Below are positions 16,910-28,200 of a stretch of 64,000 nucleotides of DNA, piece by piece. This DNA is from a virus. A program made the translations under genes and the position numbers. How positions within the stretch are numbered: the stretch's first letter is position 1; each line of letters starts with the position of its first letter. The notes under the pieces were generated by a model, which saw only the letters and a list, made by a program, of their open reading frames with translations, did not search any database and was not told where the DNA came from. The stretch lies in the IMG/VR virus record IMGVR_UViG_3300025620_000004, positions 1 through 64,000 of that record; one strand, written 5' to 3'.

Positions 16910-18022
16910 ATGGCAAATTCTTTACATTTAAGTCGCGAGGTAAAGGTCTATGTAAAATTTGGAACCAAATATTGGGAAATTCCAGTTTTAGATGGCTTCA
17001 GCTTCTCGCAAGCTACAAACACAGCAGAGGTAACCCTCAAAGAAATGGCAGGTGCTTCCAATGCTAATAGGCGAGCACGTAAGTTATTTACAGACTCGTT
17101 GGCTCCGGCAGAGTGGAGCTTCTCTACTTATGCGCGTCCGTTTACTCGTGACGTATCAAGTGCAGACGAGCATCACGCAGTAGAAGAAGTTCTTTGGGCA
17201 ATGATGGCAGGTGCAGAGCACGCTGAGTACGATGCTACTTCAGACAAGTGGACTGATGTTATCAATAATGCAGCTACTAAGGCAACTATTGACTTTGAAA
17301 GCTCTAACCTTTTGACCTTCCCAACAGCTACTATTTACTTTAAGTTCCCAGCAAATGGCGGCAGTGATCTTTGGTACGAATTAGAAGATGCTACAATTAA
17401 TGAGTGTCAGGCTGATTTTGATATTGACGGGATTGCTACTTTGAACTGGTCAGGAATGGCTAAGCAAATCAAAGAGCCTTCTAGCGCACCTACTGTTAGT
17501 ACTTTGGAAGTAACTGCTGGAGAGCTTACTAACACTGCTAACTTTATTCGTAACCGTTTAAGTACTCTTGCTCTTACTACTTCAGCAGCAGGTAACCTAC
17601 TTGCTACTTATAACTTAGTATTAACAGGCGGTAGTGTTACTATTACGAACAACGTTGAGTATGTAACTCCTTCTAGCTTAGGTATTGTAAATATTCCTCT
17701 AGGCCACGTAATGGGTACTCGTTCTGTTTCAGGTAGCGTAACTTGTTATCTAGACCATAATGCCGCAGCTTCTGCTGATCTTATGGAAGACTTACGTCTT
17801 GAAAGCGATAAAGAAACTAACTCGTTCTCTCTCAAGCTACAAGTAGGCGGAGCAGATGCTGCACCTGGTATTGAGTTCGAGTGTCCTAAAGCGCACTTGG
17901 AAATTCCAAGCCACACAGTTGAAGATGTTATTGGTATGGAGTTAAACTTCCACGCACTGCCAACAAGTATCTCTACTGCGGATGAAGTGAAAGTTCACTA
18001 TAAGGGCATTACTTCTCAGTAA
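16910..18022 (+). CDS. major tail tube protein (T5 pb6-like)
   Basis: EIPVLDGFSFSQ, DSLAPAEWSFSTY.RP, DFDIDGIA, FIRNRLS, GTRSVSGS. Confidence 0.9.
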   Translation: MANSLHLSREVKVYVKFGTKYWEIPVLDGFSFSQATNTAEVTLKEMAGASNANRRARKLFTDSLAPAEWSFSTYARPFTRDVSSADEHHAVEEVLWAMMAGAEHAEYDATSDKWTDVINNAATKATIDFESSNLLTFPTATIYFKFPANGGSDLWYELEDATINECQADFDIDGIATLNWSGMAKQIKEPSSAPTVSTLEVTAGELTNTANFIRNRLSTLALTTSAAGNLLATYNLVLTGGSVTITNNVEYVTPSSLGIVNIPLGHVMGTRSVSGSVTCYLDHNAAASADLMEDLRLESDKETNSFSLKLQVGGADAAPGIEFECPKAHLEIPSHTVEDVIGMELNFHALPTSISTADEVKVHYKGITSQ

Positions 18023-18045
18023 TAGAGGCATCAAAAAAATAATTC

Positions 18046-18074
18046 TTGACATAGGAGGTCATTTCGACTATACT
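18046..18074 (+). promoter_or_regulatory. late-region sigma70 promoter
   Basis: AAAAAAATAATTC-TTGACA-17-TATACT. Confidence 0.8.
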
Positions 18075-18093
18075 ATGAAATAGAAAATCGAAG

Positions 18094-18123
18094 CAGGGGT
18101 GATTTTTCACCCCTGTTTTATTT
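18094..18123 (+). terminator. intrinsic terminator-like hairpin
   Basis: CAGGGGTGA-TTTT-TCACCCCTG followed by TTTTATTT. Confidence 0.75.
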
Positions 18124-18150
18124 AGACAACTTTACAATAAAGGATATAAA

Positions 18151-18576
18151 ATGAACGAAACCCAACCAATTTCACTAGCGAGTCTTATGACCCCTAGTAA
18201 AACCGTAGCAATTGACTTCCCCGGCTTTAAAGGTATGTCAGTAGAATTGTGTTATTTAGCACGAGAAGAACTAGTAAAACTACGAAAGAAGTGTATAACT
18301 AACAAGTTCAATAAAAAGACTCATCAACCTGAAGAAATTCTAGATGAGGATAAATTCTTAGTAGAGTATTGCAAGGCAGTAATCAAAGGATGGTCAGGCC
18401 TGAAGTATCGTTACCTAGAAGAGCTTCTATTGGTAGATGTCTCGGCACTTGACGCAGATGATGTATTGCCTCACACACAAGAAAATTCCGAATTACTTAT
18501 GAAGAACTCTGGCGTATTTGATACATGGGTTACAGAGACTGTGAGTGAACTGGAAAATTTTACTGGAAACAAGTAA
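18151..18576 (+). CDS. tail assembly chaperone (gpG-like)
   Basis: Between tail tube and TMP; IKGWSGL motif; ends ELENFTGNK. Confidence 0.85.
   Translation: MNETQPISLASLMTPSKTVAIDFPGFKGMSVELCYLAREELVKLRKKCITNKFNKKTHQPEEILDEDKFLVEYCKAVIKGWSGLKYRYLEELLLVDVSALDADDVLPHTQENSELLMKNSGVFDTWVTETVSELENFTGNK
18555..18561 (+). other. -1 ribosomal frameshift slippery site A_AAT_TTT
   Basis: In-frame X XXY YYZ heptamer five codons before the stop; the -1 frame is open from here through 18989. Confidence 0.8.
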
Positions 18577-18989
18577 GCCAGATACGGGGTTTACTTGAAA
18601 GATTCGTAAAAGAAGACGATCAATCCATTGACATAGATAAATACTTATCTATATGTGAGCAACTTGGACAAGAGCCAGACCCCAATAAGATGCCGCTCGA
18701 GATCTCAGACTTTCCCTCTGAGGTCCAAGTGGCATTTTTTATATTCAGCTACCTTGAAGATAGATTCGAAGGAATGTCGGGACAGTACATGGGCAAATCC
18801 TGGAATAATTTACAGTACTTATTTGAGTTGTTCGATGTAGAAGATAAAGCAGAAGTTTTATACATAATGAAAATGTATGAAGGAATAATAGTCAAGCACT
18901 ACTCAGATAAAGCAGAAAGAAAAAGAAAGGCAGAGGAAAGAAAGTCTGCGAGCGGTGGAAAACAGTACACCCATAATGTGAAAGGCTAA
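18555..18989 (+). CDS. tail assembly chaperone extension (gpT-like, -1 frame)
   Basis: -1 frame reads ..FYWKQVSQIRGLLERF...YLSICEQLGQEPDPNKMPLEISDFP..., continuous with the 18690-18989 ORF. Confidence 0.8.
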   Translation, partial: KFYWKQVSQIRGLLERFVKEDDQSIDIDKYLSICEQLGQEPDPNKMPLEISDFPSEVQVAFFIFSYLEDRFEGMSGQYMGKSWNNLQYLFELFDVEDKAEVLYIMKMYEGIIVKHYSDKAERKRKAEERKSASGGKQYTHNVKG

Positions 18990-21900
18990 TGGCAGATACA
19001 ATAACAGTAAAGTTTAAAGTCATGGAAGACGGTAGCTTAAAAGCTATTGGGAAAGATGCAACTAAAGCCGCAGCCGCACTCGATCAAACTTCAAAAAGTG
19101 CCAGAACTGCAGACCGTAATCTCAAAGGTGCTGCTCAGGCTTCTGCAAACGGTACAAAAAACTTTTCAAAAATGGCTCAAGGTATGGGTGGCTTAGTAGG
19201 CGCTTATGCAACTTTTGCAGCCAGTGTATTCGCTTTATCTGCCGCATTTAACTTTCTAAAGAATGCCGCAGACGTAGCCCTTCTCGAACAAAGTCAGGTT
19301 CAATTCGCTCAAAATAGTGGTATCGCTATGGAGAGTCTCACCAATAAACTAAGAGCAGCTTCCAAAGGAATGCTAGACTTTCAATCTGCCGCAGCAGCTT
19401 CCGCAATGGGACTGGCTAAAGGTTTTTCCTCTGAGCAGATGGATGAAATGGCAGAAGGAGCTCTTAAAGTTTCCAATGTTCTAGGACGAAACTTTACAGA
19501 TTCTTTTGATCGACTAACAAGAGGTGTGTCAAAAGCAGAGCCTGAACTTCTTGATGAATTGGGTATTACTCTCAAACTAGAAACCGCAAAAAGAAAATAT
19601 GCAGAATCTTTAGGTATTTCAGCAGACGCTCTTTCGTCTGCGGATGCTTCACAAGCAGTATACTTAGAGACTATGGAACAACTAAATAAGGTTGTGGGAG
19701 ACGCGGAAGGTCAAGCAAATCCCTTTATGCAGCTAGCCGCTACCTTCAATGATTTAGCCAAAACGCTTTCAGGTTTTATACTTCCTCCTTTCGAAGCTTT
19801 AGCAGGCTTTCTTAACGAAAATGCCGCAGTAGCTGCTCTATTCTTTGGAGCAATTGGTATGGGCATCATAAAGAATATGCCTTTTGTTGCAGAAGCAAAA
19901 GAAGCTATTTCATCTTTCTTCGATTCCCAGGAACAAAAAGCCGAAGAAGCTAAGTCCGCAATGGCAGCTTATGCAGAAGAAATCAAAAAGACTAAACAAG
20001 CAGCCGCCAGCTTACGAGAAGAAGGCGGAGCCGAAGTAAAATCAGGTGCTAGCAAAGCCGTAGAAGCTGGTTCCACTTCAAAAGTACTAGCAAGAGCAGC
20101 GTCTGGCGAAATGAAAGGAGCAGATAAATCTAATCTAAAGAAAGCTCTTAAGTCCGCGGAAGATCAGTATAAGAAACACGGAAAAATTACGAAAGGCATC
20201 TTTAAAGAAGTTGGTATAGATATTGCAAGAGAAATTGGAAATGGTTTAAAGAAAACAGAGACCCAAACACGAAGCACCGGTCAAAAGATAAAGGGGTTCT
20301 TTAAACGCATACAACTACGTTCAAAGGTTGTAGGTACAGCACTCAAAAGAGGTTTAGCAAATGGATTTAAAGCAGTAGGCAGAGCAGCCACTATGGCAGG
20401 CAAAGCTATGAACATGGCTATGAAAGGTACTGTTATTCTAGGAATTATTCAGATGATCTATGATATGATCATGGCAGTAGTAAACGCCCCTAGAACTATG
20501 CTTGATGGAATTATCAAAGGTATTAAATTTGCTCTAAAAATGATACAAGGTATGGCAAATATGGCTATTGGTCTTGTAAACTACTTAAAAGAGCAGCTCA
20601 ACAAAATACCTGGAGTTAAGCTGGAAATGTCTGAAGATTTTACTTTCGGAGATGACTTAGGAAAGAAAATAGAAGACGGCATTAAAAACTCAAGTATCTA
20701 TAAAATTGCAGATGAGCATCAAAAAGGTAGAGAAGAGGCCCTGGGTTATAAGGACGCTTTAGAGCAAATACGAGATAGTGCGAAAGACTTAGGAAAAGAG
20801 CTAAATACTATCGTTGCGGGTAAAGTATTTAATGTCGAAGATAAAGACTATGATCCTATGAAAGCAGATAGGGCTAAAGCTAATACTATGCAAAGCCTTC
20901 CTGTTCTGGATATGATGAGAGAGCTAGACGAGCTCAAACCTAGACTAGAGCAAAACGAGCTTGGTGAGATGATTCCTAAAGGAGATGCTGAGCTCTACTC
21001 ACAAGGTCTAAAGAAAATAGGACTTGAAATGAAGGGTTTGGAGAAAATATCTCCTGCATTTCATAAAGCTGTAATCTCTGGTAATAGTGCAGCGGTTCAG
21101 GAAATGACCGAGAATGCCGGGAAGTTTAACCGCAATATTGAAGAAGCCCATAATCAACTAGGTAATATGAGTTCTGCTCTTAAAGGAGCAAGCTCCGAGG
21201 CCGTACTAAGTTATGTAGAAAATATAGAAAAACTAGGAACCTCTGCAGAAGACGCAGGAAAGGCACTAGGACTAACCTCCGATGTTCAGGCAAAGATAGA
21301 TAAGAGATTCGAAGCAGCAGGTGGGGTCGATCAGTATATTGCAAATTTAAGAGCAGTAGAAGCAGAAGAAAAGCGTATTGCAAACGAAAAAAGTGTCAAT
21401 GCAATTGCCAAAGTCGATGCGGGTGCAAATTTAAACTCTGCTTTCGGGCAAAGAGAACAACTTGAAATAGGACATAAAGAAGCTATTCTTGCTTTAGATG
21501 AAAAGAGGGCCGCCCTAGCCAAACTACGGAATGAAGATGTTCTGATTATGGACAAGGTACAACAAGAAATACATCAAAAAGCAATGGAGCAAGGACAGAG
21601 AGAGATAGATCTTGCAGAAGCAAAACGAGACGCAGCTGAGAAGGCCGCAGACGAAATGGCTCAAATGGGTTTAAAGATTGGCGACTCTTTACAAAGTAAT
21701 ATGGAAAGTGCATTTAACTCCCTTATAGACGGAACTAAGTCCGCAAAACAAGCCTTTGCAGATATGGCCAAAGCAATTCTTGCAGATATTGCAAAAATGA
21801 TTACTAAAATGTTAGTAATGAAAATGCTAGAAAGTACTTTAGGAGGTACTAGTTTCGGTAGTTTCCTAGGAATAGACGGAGGCAGAAACGGTGGAGTATT

Positions 21901-22234
21901 TGAGGGAGGTAAAAAACAAAACAGCTATAGAAGTGGAGGTGTTGCAAAAGGGTCTCAAGGAGGATATCCCGCAATGCTACACGGTACAGAAGCAGTAGTA
22001 CCTCTACCTAACGGCAGATCTATACCTGTTGAAATGAAGAATTCTGGAGGAAACGTTTCAAACGTAACTGTAAATGTTTCAACCGAAGCGGGTAATACAA
22101 GTTCTCAAACAGGGCAAAACGATGGTGGAATGGATCAAGAGCGTCTAGGAAAAGCCATCGCAGTTGCCGTACAAAATGAATTACAGAATCAAAAACGATC
22201 GGGCGGTATACTTAACCCATATGGAGTAGCATAA
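18989..22234 (+). CDS. tape measure protein (T5 pb2-like N-terminus)
   Basis: 1081 aa Ala-rich helical; RLTRGVSKAEPELLDELGI; TM-like segments; C-term HGTEAVVPL. Confidence 0.92.
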   Translation: MADTITVKFKVMEDGSLKAIGKDATKAAAALDQTSKSARTADRNLKGAAQASANGTKNFSKMAQGMGGLVGAYATFAASVFALSAAFNFLKNAADVALLEQSQVQFAQNSGIAMESLTNKLRAASKGMLDFQSAAAASAMGLAKGFSSEQMDEMAEGALKVSNVLGRNFTDSFDRLTRGVSKAEPELLDELGITLKLETAKRKYAESLGISADALSSADASQAVYLETMEQLNKVVGDAEGQANPFMQLAATFNDLAKTLSGFILPPFEALAGFLNENAAVAALFFGAIGMGIIKNMPFVAEAKEAISSFFDSQEQKAEEAKSAMAAYAEEIKKTKQAAASLREEGGAEVKSGASKAVEAGSTSKVLARAASGEMKGADKSNLKKALKSAEDQYKKHGKITKGIFKEVGIDIAREIGNGLKKTETQTRSTGQKIKGFFKRIQLRSKVVGTALKRGLANGFKAVGRAATMAGKAMNMAMKGTVILGIIQMIYDMIMAVVNAPRTMLDGIIKGIKFALKMIQGMANMAIGLVNYLKEQLNKIPGVKLEMSEDFTFGDDLGKKIEDGIKNSSIYKIADEHQKGREEALGYKDALEQIRDSAKDLGKELNTIVAGKVFNVEDKDYDPMKADRAKANTMQSLPVLDMMRELDELKPRLEQNELGEMIPKGDAELYSQGLKKIGLEMKGLEKISPAFHKAVISGNSAAVQEMTENAGKFNRNIEEAHNQLGNMSSALKGASSEAVLSYVENIEKLGTSAEDAGKALGLTSDVQAKIDKRFEAAGGVDQYIANLRAVEAEEKRIANEKSVNAIAKVDAGANLNSAFGQREQLEIGHKEAILALDEKRAALAKLRNEDVLIMDKVQQEIHQKAMEQGQREIDLAEAKRDAAEKAADEMAQMGLKIGDSLQSNMESAFNSLIDGTKSAKQAFADMAKAILADIAKMITKMLVMKMLESTLGGTSFGSFLGIDGGRNGGVFEGGKKQNSYRSGGVAKGSQGGYPAMLHGTEAVVPLPNGRSIPVEMKNSGGNVSNVTVNVSTEAGNTSSQTGQNDGGMDQERLGKAIAVAVQNELQNQKRSGGILNPYGVA

Positions 22235-22632
22235 TGACTGTAGGTTTTAAATACTTAGGAGCAAACTACGCAATTCCTGATAAAGGATTAAACAGGCAGA
22301 GTAAGCACAATGTTAATGTTGCAAAGTTTGGAGACGGTTATGAGCAACGAATAGTTAGAGGCTTAAACTCTATAGGAGAAACATATAACCTACAATTTCA
22401 ACACAGAGAGAAAGAGTTCATTGACGATGTTGTTAATTTTTTAGACGGCAAAAAAGGTGTAACACCTTTTTCTCTAATTATTCCAGATTCAAATGTAACT
22501 TCTGACCCTGCAGGTGATGCAGGTGTAGGAGAAAAAGAAATTAAAGTAGTTTCTGATACGTATACAACTACATATTTGTACGGAAACTTTTATTCATTAA
22601 CCGTTAGCGTAAGGCGAGTATACGAAGCATGA
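22234..22632 (+). CDS. distal tail protein, lambda gpM-like
   Basis: AKFGDGYEQR...GLN, FLDGKKGVTPF. Confidence 0.88.
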   Translation: MTVGFKYLGANYAIPDKGLNRQSKHNVNVAKFGDGYEQRIVRGLNSIGETYNLQFQHREKEFIDDVVNFLDGKKGVTPFSLIIPDSNVTSDPAGDAGVGEKEIKVVSDTYTTTYLYGNFYSLTVSVRRVYEA

Positions 22633-23783
22633 CCAATTTAATAGCAACAGACGTACAAGGCACTACAGTCGATAGTGGCGTTGTTAGTCTCTTCGAAATA
22701 ACACTACTTCATAGTGGTAATACTTTTTACTTTTGTGAAGGTATTGGAGACGACCTTGAAGATATACAGATGAGGGACAAAGAAGTTCCTTCAAATATAC
22801 GTACCTATAAAGCTATTCCTATGCAGATTGAAGGCGTAGAAGTTAGCGCGACGGGTGCTTCTGCACGACCAACAATAACAATAGCCAATGTCAGCTCCCT
22901 TCTGAAAGATACTGTAGGTGTCACAGATTATGATGAAGTAGTGGGCGCAACAGTTGTTCGTAGACAAACGATGCAAAAATATCTTTACGGAGAGTCTGGA
23001 GACGCCAACCCTCCGATAGAGATGCCTACTTTAAAATACAGAGTTGATAGAGTTGCTAGCGAAAATCAATTAGCAGTACAGTTTGAGCTAGCCGCTGTAT
23101 ACGACCTGGAAGGTGTAACTATACCTCGACGTGTAGTCGTAGGTAAGTTCTGCAGTTGGATGTATCAAGGACAAGCTTTGGAACAGAATGGGGGTTGTGT
23201 CTGGAGAGCAGATAGTGTTGTACGAGCAAGATCCTCCACAATACCTTCTTCCTCTCCGTATAACTATAATATATTCTATAACGCAAAAGATCAGCCTTTA
23301 CTAACTCAGACTCTTTTAAATGGAGTATCGAACTGGGCTTCCGGGGCCGCCATAACACAAGGATCTTATAGAAAGTACAATAATAAATGGTATAGAGCAC
23401 AAATAGGGCATACTAGCAGCGGCAGTAATGACCCCGAAGAAAATGATGGAACTTGGGTAGAAGCACTAGGATATTCCACCTATAGCTCCTCTACTACTTA
23501 TGCAGAGGGGGCTTTAGTCAAGGCCGATGTCACTACTGTTAATAGTGTAGTTATAACCACGGTATGGAAGTCTTTACACTCGGGCAATATAAATAATGCT
23601 CCTGCTCTTAACTCTCCGCATTGGATTAGAGAAGAAATGTGTGGAAAAACTTTACATTCTTGTAAGTGTAGGTACGGGGCGACTTTAATAGGAGATAACT
23701 CAAGCGGTGTAAAAATAGATGCAAGAACAGACAGCTCTGCTGTTTTACCTTTTGGCGGTTTCCCTGGCACATTGAAGTTTTGA
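22629..23783 (+). CDS. tail tip protein, lambda gpL-like
   Basis: RPTITIANV, GATVVRRQT..KYL, FELA..DLEG..IPRR; Cys set FCSWMY..GGC....CGK...SC. Confidence 0.88.
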   Translation: MTNLIATDVQGTTVDSGVVSLFEITLLHSGNTFYFCEGIGDDLEDIQMRDKEVPSNIRTYKAIPMQIEGVEVSATGASARPTITIANVSSLLKDTVGVTDYDEVVGATVVRRQTMQKYLYGESGDANPPIEMPTLKYRVDRVASENQLAVQFELAAVYDLEGVTIPRRVVVGKFCSWMYQGQALEQNGGCVWRADSVVRARSSTIPSSSPYNYNIFYNAKDQPLLTQTLLNGVSNWASGAAITQGSYRKYNNKWYRAQIGHTSSGSNDPEENDGTWVEALGYSTYSSSTTYAEGALVKADVTTVNSVVITTVWKSLHSGNINNAPALNSPHWIREEMCGKTLHSCKCRYGATLIGDNSSGVKIDARTDSSAVLPFGGFPGTLKF

Positions 23784-24484
23784 TTATGTTACAGTTTTTA
23801 GATGAAATAGAAGAACATTTTAAGGAGAATTATCCGCGAGAAGGGTGTGGTTTGCTAGCTGTCGTTAAGGGTGAATTACAGTGGTTTCCTTGTACTAATG
23901 TTGCGGAACATGAAGACGATTTCATACTGGATTCCACAGAGTATTTAAACATATCACGAAAAAGTGATATAGTAGGAATAGTCCACAGTCACCCTGATGC
24001 AAGTTGTGACCCTAGCGAGTCAGACATAAAGCACTGTAATGCTATAGGAGTTCCTTACTACATATTTAGTTATCCTAGTATGGATGTTCACATACAACAG
24101 CCTGAGAAAGAATCTAAACCTCTTTACGGTAGAGACTATGAGTTTGGTGTCTCTGATTGTTTTGAAGCAATGAGAGACTATCTAGCTTCACAAAATATAG
24201 AAATACCTTCTCGTGCCGCTTTCGAAGACGATTGGTGGGAGAAGAAATTAGACTACTTTACAGACGAAATAATTCAAGATTATGGGTATAAGCCCGTAGA
24301 AGGAAATATGGAAAAGAACGATGTTATTATATTCACAGTAAATGCCTCTGTAGGTAATCACTGTGGAGTTTATTTAGGGGAAGATATTTTTTATCACCAC
24401 GCAGACAAAAGATTATCATGCAGAGAAAATCTGTATCCATTTTGGAAAAAGTACATAACAGGAGTGTATCGCCATGATGCGTAA
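23780..24484 (+). CDS. tail assembly protein, lambda gpK-like (JAB + NlpC/P60)
   Basis: PREGCGLL, VHSHPD..PSESD (JAB); GRDYEFGVSDC, NHCGVYLG..FYHH (NlpC). Confidence 0.92.
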   Translation: MIMLQFLDEIEEHFKENYPREGCGLLAVVKGELQWFPCTNVAEHEDDFILDSTEYLNISRKSDIVGIVHSHPDASCDPSESDIKHCNAIGVPYYIFSYPSMDVHIQQPEKESKPLYGRDYEFGVSDCFEAMRDYLASQNIEIPSRAAFEDDWWEKKLDYFTDEIIQDYGYKPVEGNMEKNDVIIFTVNASVGNHCGVYLGEDIFYHHADKRLSCRENLYPFWKKYITGVYRHDA

Positions 24485-25205
24485 CGTATATTTACAAGGA
24501 GAACTAGGCGAACAGTTTGGTTCTGTTTTTAGAATAAATGCGACTAATTATACTGAAGTATTCAAATGCATTAATGCGAATAGACCCGATTTTTTGGCTT
24601 ATGTCAGAGAATGCCATGAAAATGATGTAAGCTTTGCTGTAGATACTGCGGGCGAGCAAGCAGGTGAAGAGGATCTTTTAGTGCCTTTGAAAGAGGGGGA
24701 CGTAACTATAGCAATTGTTCCTGCAGGATCTAAATCTGCATTCGGAAAGATACTTGCAGCTATTGCTATAGTAGCTGTTATGTTTATGTTTCCAGCAGTT
24801 TTTGGTACGACAACTTTTGGAGCAGGAGGCATGGGACCAGGATTTGCATCTTTAGCAAACGGTCTCAGTGCAGTTGGTATGGCAACAGCGGCAGTTGCAC
24901 TAAATCTAGCAATGGCAGGCATTAGTCAAATGATGGCTCCAGACCCTTCTGTAGACGGAGAAGGTCCGGAAAACTATGCTTTCAATGGAAATGCTCAAAA
25001 CATGCAGGAAGGCGATCCTATTCCCATACTCTACGGGAGACTAAGAGTACCAGGCAGACCTATAAGTATAAATATTCAGAACGCATCAGGGTATAGAAGA
25101 AATACAGGGGCTATTTTTGGAGGAGACGGATCAATAACAACCACCTCTAGTAATACAATATCACATCATAAAAAGACAGGCTCTAAAAAAGCCCACGAAC
25201 GGTAG
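24474..25205 (+). CDS. tail assembly protein, lambda gpI-like
   Basis: VYLQGELG..FG, IVPAGS, hydrophobic middle, NYAFNG..N...EGDPIPILYG. Confidence 0.9.
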   Translation: MMRNVYLQGELGEQFGSVFRINATNYTEVFKCINANRPDFLAYVRECHENDVSFAVDTAGEQAGEEDLLVPLKEGDVTIAIVPAGSKSAFGKILAAIAIVAVMFMFPAVFGTTTFGAGGMGPGFASLANGLSAVGMATAAVALNLAMAGISQMMAPDPSVDGEGPENYAFNGNAQNMQEGDPIPILYGRLRVPGRPISINIQNASGYRRNTGAIFGGDGSITTTSSNTISHHKKTGSKKAHER

Positions 25206-25214
25206 GAGATAAAA

Positions 25215-28200
25215 ATGAGACATGGCGGAAATGGCGGTGGTGGTGCCGGCACAGGTAACAGTGGTAATTCCAATCCAGGAGGTACAGGCACATCTAGCAA
25301 TAATGCTGCTACAATTAGTACAAGCGCTAGCGATGCGCAGCTTGTTTCTATTACAGATGTTATTTCAGAAGGCCCCATACTAGGTTTAGTAGACGGTTCG
25401 GCTTCTGTATTCCTGAATAATGACAGAATTCACGAAGTATCTGCGGCAGGGCAACGTGTATCTCATGGCCCTATGACTATCACTCTTACTAATGGGTCTA
25501 CTTCAGCAACAATTAATAATGCAACTTCTACCACTCCCTTGACTGCAAATGCCTCGCTAGGAGCACAACTATTAATACGAGGAGGAAATTTAACAGAAAC
25601 AAGTGTAACAAGTAGTTATGATACTAGACATAAAGTAAGTTTATCTACTTCTTCAAGTACTTTTACTCAAACTATGGTTACCGCAGTTGGTCAACGAGCA
25701 AGACCAGATAGTTTAGTTCCTGGGCGTATTAAACCGACGGGTAGCAGTACTACTCCTGACGGCCTTCCTATAGAAGGTTTTATATGGCGTAGAGTTAGCG
25801 GTACCGAGGCTCTTTGGAGATCAGGTGCTTTCGGTGATTATAACGATTTCAGGCTCGATGACGCAACGTACAAGCTAGAACTAGATAAAATAGTAAATAT
25901 AAATGCAGGAGGTATTAATGGCTCCTCTATAACACTTGCAAGTGCTTGGGACGGAATATCGGGGACATATAGCTGGGATAAAATAAGTGTAGTTAATATG
26001 GATATTTCTGAGGTAGGCAGTAGAGCTTCTCAGCGAGTACAAGGTGGTACTGTTAATTTCAGACCAGGCACATTAAACCAAACTCCCATGCGCAGCGGTG
26101 GCGAAACTGCAATTAGTAGAACTATTGGCGAACAAATGGAGGTGGGAACTGCTCGATTTTTAGTGGGCAGTGGTAACTGCGGTCTCACAGAAGCTCAGCT
26201 TCTAGAAGTGGACAAACTAAGATGGCGTATTACTTATCCTGCAGGATTTAAAGCAATCAGCGGTAAAGGCAATGATAAAACTACTTACATAAGGTATAGA
26301 ATAAGTATAGCAATAAAAGAGGAAGGAGACTCTGATTTCGGAGGTTTTACTATTATTAGAAATCCTCTAACTCATAGTGGTAACTATACTAACTCTAAAA
26401 CTTTTGAAAGCGACTTAAATCTTGAAAGATTTCGCCCTTTCACAGACTTCAAACTAAAATTAGAAAGACTAGATACAGATGACGACCCCGGTTTTAAATC
26501 TGTAGGACAAACTTACAAAGACTGGACAAATGTTACTGCAGGTAGTCTTACAGGCGTGACTTCTATTCTAAATGAAAAACTTAACCATCCTTATACTGCT
26601 ATGGCTGATGTTTCTTTTAGCACGAAGCAGTATCAAGGTATACCTCAAAGAACTTATGATCTATACGGTAAAATGGTTAGAGTGCCTTCAAACTATGTTA
26701 CAAGAGAAGAAGCAACCAATGGAGTAGCTTCTTATAATAGAAATACAAGTACTGGAGTCATTACTAGCAATTACCAAGACTGGGACGGGGATTTTCGAGA
26801 TGAATTAGTTTATAGTAACAACCCTGCTTGGATTTACTATGACATTCTTACTAATAATAGATACGGTTTGGGTTCCTTCATTAAAGAAGTGGATATAGAT
26901 AAGTATGCTCTTTACCGCGTTGCAAGATATTGTGACGGCTTAGTTCCCGATGGAAAAGGAGGACTAGAGCCTAGGTTTACATTAAATACCTACTTGACAA
27001 AAGGGGCAAATAGTTATAAAGTTCTCAAAGACTTAGCAACTAACTTTTTAGGTTTGCTTTACTACTTAGATGGACAGCTTTATACCTCTCTTGATGCTCC
27101 AGCAGCTCCGGTCTATACATTCAATAAAACTAATGTAATAGATGGTACATTTAGCTACGAGAGTTCTTCGGAGAAAACTAGAAGCAATCAAATTATTGTA
27201 AACTGGAATGACCCAACAAAAGACTATAAGATGGAGCCTTTAATCGTTGAAGATGAGCGAAATATAGTCAATACAGGCAGAATTATATCTGAAACTGCAG
27301 TTGCTTTCGGCTGTACTTCAGAAGGGCAAGCTACACGATACGGTAAATGGAAACTATGGACAGCAGCAAATCAGAAAGAGATAGCTACTTTTTCAGCAAG
27401 CCTAGAAGGTGCATTTGTAGCTCCTGGCGATATAATCAATATCCAAGATGCGGATAGATATGCTGTAAGACTGGGCGGACGAGTTTCAAATACAGGAACT
27501 CTTAGCACTACTACTATACCTTTAGACTCTACTGTTCTTTTGAATTCAGGATCTACATATACTTTAAGCTTGGTTTATCCTAAGCCTGCTGCATTCACTA
27601 GAGAAGCTGTTACTATAAGCGGAGTTAGTTATGAAGCAGGAGATTTAATACATCAAGCGTATGTTGATGGCTCTTTAACAGTAATTGATACTAAAGAAAA
27701 GTCTGTAAACGCTAAAGTATCTGCATCTTCCGGAGCCGAACCTTTAACACTTGACTTCAATGCCAATCTACGAACAGAAACAAAAGATATAACTTCTAGT
27801 CAAATTGGAAGTTCTGTAACTTCTATCACTGTGACCTCTGCATTTACAGAGGCTCCTACTAGAGAATCCTTGTGGGTTCTTCAAGAGACAAAAACTGGAT
27901 TACAGGTAAAAGGGTCTAAAAAAGAATACAAAGTTTTATCTATCTCTGAAAACTCTGGCAATGTCTACGATATAACGTGTATTGAACATTATGACAGCAA
28001 GTGGACTTCTGTAGAAGAAGATTTTACTACATACATACAAGGAGATTTAGAGCCCTCTCTACTAAGCACAGATGTTGTTCCGCCTGTCGAAAACTTGATA
28101 GCAAGAAGTCACGGCAGAGATAATGGTACAGCCCATGAAACCTTACTTGTTTCTTGGGATCCACCAGGGGCAGGACAAGCTTACGTTAGAAACAGTACCG

